Source: the human T2T-CHM13v2.0 reference genome, Homo sapiens. Taken from it: a stretch of DNA of 64,000 bases. Of the stretch, positions 54,748 through 64,000 are shown in pieces (position 1 is the stretch's first letter; the number at the start of each line of letters is the position of its first letter). Under the pieces are notes generated by a model that searched no databases, was not told the origin of the DNA, and worked only from the letters and a program-made list of their open reading frames with translations. A program made the position numbers and the translations under genes. The stretch lies in NCBI RefSeq assembly GCF_009914755.1, contig NC_060932.1. One strand, written 5' to 3'.

Positions 54748-56099
54748 AAATTTTTTAATGAAAAATTAAGGAAACATTACTGCAATTAATTGATGTGCTC
54801 AAATTCACATAAGATATTTTAGAAATCATCTTTCACAAATATTACTCCATCCACTTCCTCCTACTATAATTCTTACAGTGTGCCCTTCTCTATGTCTCCC
54901 TTGCCAATTGTCTTCACATGCATAATACATTGTATTTCCCAAGGTTTTTCACCTGCATTGCTTCAAATATCTTGATAAATGTTTCGTTTCTTGGAGAACT
55001 AATCTATACAAGAATCATTGATATCCTCTAACCCATAGCATTTGAAATTGTCATGTTTGTTATTAAGCACATAAAAATAAAGACTAATTTCTAGTGGTGA
55101 TATATTATGGCCCTTTGTGTAATGGAACCTTGTTCATTCTAATGTTAGCTTGAATTTTACTTAAAATTTAAGATGAAAATTTGAAGTGAAAGTATGCATT
55201 ACTGAAAAGAATAACGTGCTGTGTTACTTTCATCCTTCCTAATTCTCAAAGTGGTGAATATAGAGAATATAATTCTGCCTTGTCTCAGAATCAAAGCACC
55301 GTGGTGAGTTAGCTACCTTTTAACCAAAGTATCCTAGCTTTCCAAGAGAGATAAACTCCAATTTTTTAGAAGCCTTCATGTCTAAACTCTCTGGGAAATA
55401 TTTTGCCTCCCAAAATTATATGTCGCTGAAATCAGTACCTCACAGCTTTCCACTAGTCAGTCATTTAATTTATTATCAATTATAGATATATAAGTATTTA
55501 TGCCATTTGTTTTATTGTGACTAGTGTGTCACATTGACTTAATATTTTTATCAATAAAATGACAGACTTAAAAGTAATTTAAATATCCCCTAAATCAGTT
55601 AATTGGGCTAAGTTTTAGCTCTGTTTTTTCTTCTGAGAATACAGGATTGAGTAACAAAAAATTTATTCCAACATGCCTAACCTCTTTAAGATTCTCTGAA
55701 TTCTTTCTGAATTTTTATTTTTTTTATCATTGAGGTTGACCATATTTTGTTAACATCATTATTTGCTTTTCTCTTCTATTTGATGTCTCCAGGTTATCAA
55801 ACTGCCTTCTTAGGCACTTTTATTTGGGGTCCCTTATTTTTGTAATTTGAAATCCTTACACATATTTGATAAAAGAAAGTCTTTTATCATGTTTAATGGA
55901 AATTATTTGCCTTAGCAGTGGTCTCTTAGAAGACTTTTCAATAGATTTAGGGTAGTTCCAACAAGTTTTAAGCAGCAGATTCTCATTTGCCTTTGATTTT
56001 ATCAACATGATACACATGGGAGATCTGCTTTTTGGGGTAACCCTGGAAAGACGATTTGTGAAAATCTTACTTATTAAATACTGAAGTTGAAAATTTATT

Positions 56100-56608
56100 T
56101 GTATCAGTTTGCTTTTGCTGTGTAACATATCATTCCAAAATACAGTATCTTTCAGCAACAAAGATTTGTTTAACTGATGATTCTGTTGTTCTGCTGGATA
56201 TATATTATTCTCCAGGTTAACTTGTTTGATACTGGCTTGGCTGACTCTTATGCATAGAAACACAGCTGTGAGTAGATGGAACGTTGATTATTGGCTGAAT
56301 GATACAGACTATGCTTACTCATACATGAGGTGTTTAGCAGGCAGTTGGCCAAGGTGATAAAGACATTTGAGATACATGACTCTAATCATCATGCATGTTA
56401 TCCTATGTTTACCAGAGTTCCAAGAGCAGAAAGAGAGCAAGCCTCAATGCACACACATTTTTAAAGCATCTACTTGCATATTTGTTAACGTAACAGTGGT
56501 GGAAAGCAATTAGCATTAGCCTACCAAATATAAAAGGCATGGAGAAATAGGCACTACTTCTTAATGAGAGGAAAAGACTAGATGGACATTTTTGTAAACT
56601 GTCCCACA
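56100..56608 (-). mobile_element. MLT1G/H-type MaLR solo LTR
   Basis: tgtatcagtttgcttttgctgtgtaacatatcattccaaaa...agagcaagcctcaatgcac...ggagaaataggcactacttcttaatgagagg...catttttgtaaactgtcccaca. Confidence 0.75.
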
Positions 56609-57669
56609 TTAAACAGAGTTTTGAGTTTCAATCCTTGCTCTGTTCTATGATGTTGAACAAGTCATTTTGCTGCTGAATTTTTTTTCTACTTCTCCTGTAA
56701 AATGATGAAATGTAAGATTGTATGAAGTTCAAAATCTCTTCTACTCTTCTTTGGCAAAAAATATCAATATTTTTCATATTATTTGTTTTCTATTATGACC
56801 AAAGGAAGTTCTTGATATATAAAGTTTTCTGGTGAGTTAGTAAAAGCCTTATTTTATAAGTATTAAGTTAATTTTGGGGAAATATAAAATTTTAAAATGT
56901 ATAAATTGGAAAATTTGCTTAGTTTTATTTATTTGGTTTTGAGACAATTGGAAGAAGAATTTCAGTTGATGAATGAGGCCGTATTTAATTTATCTCCAGC
57001 AACTAAAATATAAATAATTAGAATTTTATTTTTTTATATTTTTTAGAATTTTAATGTCTAATATTAATTTATATTCAAATAGTTGGCTATAAGAACAGAT
57101 AATATTCTTTTAATATACTGTAATGTCTTCACTTAAAATTATGAATCATATGTATGCATATACCTTTATAAATATAAATATAAAGATATATACATACATA
57201 TAAATGTAAAGATACAAATACACAAACACATGTATAATTTTACTCAGGGCAAGATGTGGACTTTTCCGAATTGTCAGATTTAATACTGTCTTTCTGCTAT
57301 TAGAGAAGAAATCTTCTACAGTCTTGAGGAGTTAGGGGTATTTACTTTTACTGTCTTTTCCAAAGTATTCAGACTGAAAAAAAAAAAAAGATTGTTTTAG
57401 TTGTAACGATTGTTGCTTTCAAAGTGCAAAAAAAAGCCAACATTTAGAGAAGCTTTCAAAGGCAACTTGCTAAAGCCTTCACGAATTCTGGTCTCTACAA
57501 CTGTTTCATCATTTTAAATTACTTACTCACTAAGATTCACTCTGTAGCCACCCTCATCACCCCTGGTCAACACTTCACTACTGAGTACCCTATTACTTTT
57601 GGTGTTTACCTTGGAACTGAGCACATTTATTTACTTATAGGCTCATTCTCTTGCCAACATTTGAATGAA

Positions 57670-57885
57670 TGGGCCATATGGTTTTTGGAATCAACAAACT
57701 CTTGGTTTGAAGAAGAATTTGAAGCTGCAGTTGGCTCTGCATCTGGATGAATATGATTAGATTATCTAGTCAAGATTACTAAACCTCAATTTACCTACTA
57801 TTACAATAGAATTGATAGTACCTTTTACATAGGTTGTTGGAGTATCAAATGAAATTATCCTTAAAAATGTTAAAGTAAGCGTTCA
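57670..57885 (+). mobile_element. MIR SINE
   Basis: aaacctcaatttacc...gatagtaccttttacataggttgttggagtatcaaatgaaattat...gtaagcgttcaat. Confidence 0.6.
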
Positions 57886-57922
57886 ATGGAATAGAGGTAT
57901 TGCTTTCCTTATAAGAATTAGT

Positions 57923-58230
57923 GGCTGGGCATGGTGGCTCATGCCTGTAATCCTAGCACTTTTTGAGGCCCAGCCAGGGTGATCACTTGAGGTCAGGAGT
58001 TCAAGACCAGCCTGGTCAACATAGTGAAACCCCATCTCTACTAAAAATACAGAAATTAGCTGGGTGTGGTGGCAGGTGCCTGTAATCCCAGCTACTTGAG
58101 AGACTGAAGCAAAAGAATCACTTGAACCCTGGAGGCAGAGGTTGCAGTGCTGAGACCACACCACTGCACTCCAGTCTGGGCAATAGAGTCATAGAGTGAC
58201 ACTCTGTCTCAAAACAACAACAACAACAAC
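57923..58230 (+). mobile_element. AluS (Sx/Sz-like) with (CAA)n tail
   Basis: ggctgggcatggtggctcatgcctgtaatcc...actctgtctcaaaacaacaac. TSD agaattag (57914-57921 / 58231-58238). Confidence 0.95.
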
Positions 58231-60819
58231 AGAATTAGCCATTTTTTTCTGGAATCTTGTTTTTAAACCTCCAATGCCCTGCGAGATTTGACTAGGTTGA
58301 ATAAATGAGTAGTTACATGAGTCTAGCCTATTTTTCCTGAGGATAAATAATCTACCAAGGACTGTTAATACATTGGTAGCATTAGCTTAGTATTCATTAC
58401 TGACACTTAAGTAGTTTTTAATTTTGTATTTTTAGTGCATATTGTCAATTAATAATTCTAGTGATACTATTAGTGCCTTAAAGACAGTGTTGTTATTTTT
58501 GTGGTCATTTTTTTTCTCCCTAAATTACTTTAGTAGCCATCATATTTTTGTATCAGCATTTCTAGAGTTTTGAATGACCAAGTGTTAAGATTACTGACAT
58601 TGTCTATTAAGAGCATGCCTATTAATAATCTTATCATGTATTCTGGGTTATTTTAGGGAGAACATTTGTCAAAACCACACATATTTTGGGGTGAAAAGAA
58701 CTGCACTGTAGACTATGACAGCTGTGAATGGAAACTACATCAAATAAGGACTCAGTTTCACTGAGCTGGGTGGGACACCTAGGAAAGCTTTCAAGACACA
58801 ACCTTATTCCATGAACACCTCTTTTTGATCTTTGTGAATTTTGTTTCCTAGAACCATCTTGTTCATGTTCATCCCAGGGACATGAACTGTAAAGACCCAA
58901 TGTAATATTCACAGAGTTTTGCATAGCCTTTTCCAGGTTTATTTCTTTTTTTTTTTTTTTTTTAATATGGAGACAAAATTCTACCCCTATGTATTGTTTA
59001 AAAATACAGCCAAATTCTCCAGATTCAGTTTTAGGTCATGCATTCCTTGAATTTTTTTTTCTTTGGATGAGTTCTTGCATAGAGACAACTTTTAAAACAC
59101 TTTAAGTAAACAATTTGCACTTGTGTCTTCATTCAGTGACACTAAATGTCACCAGTCCGTGTTATGGCAATCTGCCCCATGAGTCACAAAAACCTTGGAA
59201 ACGTTGTCATTCTAAACTTTGGTTACAATACTGACAAGCATAATTTGGAATCAGAATTGATTCTGTGAATCTTATTAAGGGAGTTTCCGAATCTATTAGG
59301 ACAAATATTTCTTAGCAATGTGCTAGAGAAGTTGTACACTTTTTTTTTTTTTAACATTCTTGCAATAGAAAAAACTGACAACCAATTGTTTGAGCCAGAT
59401 CATCTCTTAGGAAAATTTATGAAGACTTTCATGGTAGCACACATATCTTTTGTCCTACTGACTTAAAAGATTTTTCTATCTGTCTCAAGGAATCCTAATT
59501 TTTTATGAGATGAAAATAAATTATGCAATAATGAAAAAAGAGAGAAACACTGTTAGTTAATTCACCAAGCAGAAAAATATTTGACAGAAATATTTTTCCT
59601 CTTATCACCAGGGCCTGTATATATGAGGATTTCCTCTTCATTGAAAAGCAAATTTATAAGCTAATTTGACCTCAATAGCATATTAGTTTCTATATAGTCT
59701 TTCTATTTTTACTGTTTAATGTACTTACTAGATAGCTAGCATAATAACACTAGCTTCTTCTACTTTTTTCTAGGAAGAAAAAAGTACACAGATTTGTAAT
59801 GCTTCAAATTCTCAACTTTAGTTATAGCAATATTTGTAAACTTATTTAAAAAACATTTTTAGTAAAATGTTCAGAAGAATAAGTTGCATCCAATGGCTTT
59901 TATAATTATTAAAAGATGCAGAATGATTATTTCTGTTTCTTCCAAGAAATTTTACAATACCAATGAGAGTATGGAAATTAAGATATTCCTATTGGCAACA
60001 GAAATTGTTCTTAATGTAAAAATCATGTAGAGGTATTTGTTATTCTCAAAACACTTGTGAAAATATGCAAATGTCTTAGGTCTCAAAGTATTAAGGTTCT
60101 CCATTTTCCCCCTATTTCTCAAATGCCTACTTTTTTTTTTAATATATGGATAACACTGTAAACCTTGATTTGTTATCAAAATAAATTAGAATCAGGGTCA
60201 TTTCCCCTTTGTTTCATATTCAGAATCCTATTACAGTATGTTCAAAATCAGGATCTGAATTTTTTAGAAGAGAAATTTAATAGTATATCATTTAAGCTTA
60301 AGTGTCTTAGAAAAATACATTTTTAAAAGATAGCACTTGATTGAATTAATTAATGCTGTATTGTTCACTTTTTTGTTCGTATTTCCACAAAGATATTTTG
60401 TAAAAATCAGTTTTATGTATATGTTGTTATAAATTAATTTTGCATATACCATATTTAAGCTTTGCACTGAGATGGCTACAACCTGTAATTTTTAAAAAAT
60501 GACAAAAATAGTCATATTTTATTATAACCTTAACAGTTGTAACAAAACTGTAATTCTCATATGAATGCCTTAAGAAATTTTTTCTAACAAAACTGGTAGA
60601 AAAGCCATTATTGAAGCACATAGTCATTAAGAGATGCTTGGTTTATGTATTCCACATTTTAATACATGTAAAAAATTATGTTTGGCAAACAAAGGAAACC
60701 AAAGAAAATTATGACAATACCTTTTGCCTGACTGTTACATGTGGCTTATTAAATAGACTGAGATGACTTGTTCCACAATGTGGCTTGTATGTTGTCTTAG
60801 CCTTTAATAATTTCTTTAA

Positions 60820-61020
60820 TTTTACGTATACTTTATTCTGTACAAAAAATTTCACATTGACTATTATTCATTCTTACAAACTTGTAGTGAAATAAATAAG
60901 AGTCATGATAACTTTATTTTTTAGATGAAGACATTGAGAATCAAAGAAGTTAATTTTATCTGAGGTTATATAGTTCTTAAATGAGGAGCCATTAAATGAA
61001 CTTGAACCCTGATCTTTTAA
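60820..61020 (-). mobile_element. MIR SINE
   Basis: tttatttttttagatgaagacattgagaatcaaagaagttaattttatctgaggttatatag...gaacttgaaccc. Confidence 0.65.
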
Positions 61021-61254
61021 GAGTAAAATTTAAGAAAAGGGTAAAATTGAGCACTGGATAAGAAGTGAAAGCAATTTAATGATCATGAAAGACAGGAAGA
61101 GACTCATAAATATTAATAATAAAAACCAACCAGTTCAATATAAATAGAGCATTGAAAGTTAAACTTTATAAAACTAACATCTGAGCAGAGTCAGGAAGTA
61201 AGAAAGGGTCCCTGCCCTACGCGAGACTTGATTGATGGTATTCACATATATAAA

Positions 61255-61322
61255 TGTGTGTGGGGGGTGTGGGGAGGTGTGTGTGTGTGTGTGTGTTTGT
61301 GTGTGTGAGAGAGAGAGAGATA
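61255..61322. repeat. (TG)n(GA)n compound microsatellite
   Basis: Seen directly. Confidence 0.9.
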
Positions 61323-62263
61323 GAAATGTCTTTCTCTCTGTCTCTCATCTGTCTTTTCACCCATCAAGCTATTATCTAAATACCCATCAACTTCCAAATT
61401 CATCAAGGCTTTTGATAAATTGTTAGATACATTATTTTCACTATTTCTCCACTTTACCAGGCCATCATCTGACTTAGTAACAAATAATGAAAAAAGTAGT
61501 GTAAAATAGAGGACTAAAGGGAGAAAGAGTTGATTCTGTAGTCTTGGAATTTGAAAACAAGATAATCAGAATCTTAATAATAGAGGAGAATGAATGTTAA
61601 TTTTACAAATAGACTCATAAATTCCATTCAGTGTGAAGCAAATTGGAAAAAAAAATGTGGTACTTTTAATGGCTTAACCAGCTGTAAATTGAAGGACATG
61701 CAATACACGTGGAATTTATTTTTTATATTTTTTCAGCATATGCAAAGACTTAGTTCCCCATCATCACTCATGGCAGTTGTTCAGCTAATTTTTGGCAGGT
61801 TGTAGAAACAATGTCTCCATAGTCGCCAAGTGGCTCATTTCATTTATATAATGAACACCATTTAGCATTCAAAAATAAAAACACATATCTAATCTATTGA
61901 AAAATACAAAGAGTGCATGATGAAGTGGGAAGCCACTAAATTACTATACACCAGCTTTTCCATTTTATTGCCCATGTGAAATAAACTGAACAATTCCAGA
62001 TGTTCCAAGGCTTCTGAAAGATATGAGATAACCTTTCGCTCTATCACTCACCCTGGTCAAATAGTTTCTCATTTCGTATCATTGCTACTACTTGCTATTG
62101 TAGAGTAAAGAAAAGGCTGGTCAACAGTAGCTGCTGAAGACACCAACAGTCCCACATCCTGGCCCACTAACGTTTTTCTCTACTTGATCTTTCAAAAATT
62201 GTTAATAAAAAGGCCCTTATTTAAGGCGGCAGAGTAGGAGTTCTCAATTATAAAATATTTCAG

Positions 62264-62315
62264 GCTGCTCTGCCTATGGAGTAGCCATTCTTTTACTCCT
62301 TCACTTTCTTAATAA
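62264..62315 (+). mobile_element. ~50 bp MER41-like LTR fragment ending at AATAAA and an A run, with TSD-like flanks
   Basis: gctgctctgcctatggagtagccattcttttactccttcactttcttaataaa; flanks aaaatatttcag (62252-62263) / aaaaaaattcag (62316-62327). Confidence 0.7.
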
Positions 62316-63094
62316 AAAAAAATTCAGTATTTTTAAGGCTTGAGTAATTCTAGTTTTGACTCATTTCTCCTATACTTTTATGTACCTAACTAAAGACTTA
62401 AAGTAGTTTTTGTCTATTTGCTTGACAGTTTGAGGGAAGAGGATGTCATTGTAGTCTGACTTCAGTAATCTCTACTGAAAACAACATTCCTTTACATTGA
62501 TTTGAGTTGTTGACTTTCAAATAGAAGAATTTTGGCCTTCTAACCCAGATACTTTTAAAGCTATGGTTAGGGAGCTTATCTGATTTTCTAACTACCTTCT
62601 CATATTTTTAGGGCTTCCTTTGCTTTGATAAGTAAATTGGGATAAATAAACATTCTTAGTATTAATTTTTAAATGCATGTACCCAAAATGTTACTTACTG
62701 GCAGCATAAAAGTAAAAATTTAATTTTCAGATAATACTGACATAGATTCTCTATGTTCCTTAAGAAAAAAGAAAACATTTAACATAACTAAAAGTAATGA
62801 TCATTCCTTTTTAATTGTTTACATTAATATTTGTAATTTAGGTTATAAATATATTTTAAAAGATGCCATTCATTCCCAATTTAAATGCACAAATTTAATG
62901 TATTTTACTAAATCTTAAACATACTATTTATAAACATTTTAATGCTTGGTCATCAAAGTGGGTGACTGCTTTGGAGAGGACTAAATTTCAGAAATTATAC
63001 TATATGCTAGCTTTCTTTTATCTGCAGCTCCATTTAAATATTTTATATATCCAAGTGCAACAGATCAAGAAAGTAAAGTATGCATCTAACCCAG

Positions 63095-63230
63095 TATATA
63101 TATATATGTATATATTTATATATATTTATATATATTTATATGTATAGTTATATAGATATTTATATATATTCATATATATTTATATATTTATATATATTTG
63201 TATATATATTTATATATAATATATATACAC
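63095..63230. repeat. (TA)-rich microsatellite
   Basis: Seen directly. Confidence 0.9.
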
Positions 63231-63674
63231 TAAACTCCTGGGAACTTGGCTGTCATGGTTATCTTCGGTGAGGGGAACTATCATTTAAATGCCTAATATC
63301 TGATTCTCTATGAGCATTGTGTCATTTACAAATCATGACACCCCTACAATGTGGGTATGAGTAATACCCTTAAAATATACTAAATATACATTGAAAGACA
63401 TTTGACTTACTCAACGTCTTACACCCAAGAGAGATGAAATTTTACTCTTCCAAAGATGTTTCTTTGTAATAAGCTCATAAAAAAAAGATAACAGAGGATT
63501 GGAAGAGAGAGGTTTTAGAAGACACAAATTCAGTAGCCATTTAATTTATCATTCCAACCAGGATACTTTTGAGAATAAAGGGAGTAGTATTAATAATTAC
63601 ATAGGCACCAAAATATGAACTGTGACTATTTGGGGGCACTACAATGTACTACTTTAATTCTAGACATAAAAGAG

Positions 63675-64000
63675 CGTACTAGATTTTGTGTTGCTATAAA
63701 AGAATACGTGAGACTGGGTAACTTATGAAGAAAAGTGGTTTATTTAGCTCATGGTTCTGCAGGCTGAGAAGTTCAAGGGCATGGCACTGGCTTCTGTTGA
63801 GAACTTTCATGCTGAGTCATAACATGGCTGAGAAGGTCAAAAGGGAAGCAGACATGCGTAAAGAGAGGACCTGGGGCATGTCTTGGCTTTATACCAGCTC
63901 CCTGTCATTGGAACTTATACAATCCCAAGAGAATTAGTCAAGCTTCATGAGAGCAATAATTCATTAACTACCTAGAAGAACAGCAAGCTATTCATGAGAG
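63675..64000 (-). mobile_element. MST-type (MSTB1/B2/C-like) MaLR LTR, runs off the window end
   Basis: tttgtgttgctataaaagaatacgtgagactgggtaacttatgaagaaaagtggtttatttagctcatggttctgcaggctgagaagttcaagggcatggc. Confidence 0.85.

Overview
This is AT-rich, CpG-poor human-type nuclear DNA, either intergenic or deep intronic. An intact AluYa5, a near-exclusively human subfamily, points to human origin. I find no credible protein-coding exon, RNA gene, CpG island or CRISPR array. The ORF track is explained by Alu, L1, LTR and microsatellite sequence; the clearest protein match is a dead L1 ORF2p C-terminal fragment. Much of the window is recognisable interspersed repeat: Alu, L1PA/PB/MA/ME, L2, MIR, MaLR and ERV LTRs, and Tigger and hAT DNA transposons. 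I see no novel gene system. The most unusual signal is three independent locally templated insertions, each copied from 1-3 kb away with microhomology at the junctions. They are a multi-jump ~380 bp insertion in an L1MA tail (15841-16241), a two-part ~200 bp insertion with an inverted segment (46511-46710), and a perfect 39 bp copy flanked by an 8 bp direct repeat (51719-51779). Subfamily names come from recalled consensus motifs and identities are hand counts, so both need RepeatMasker or alignment confirmation.
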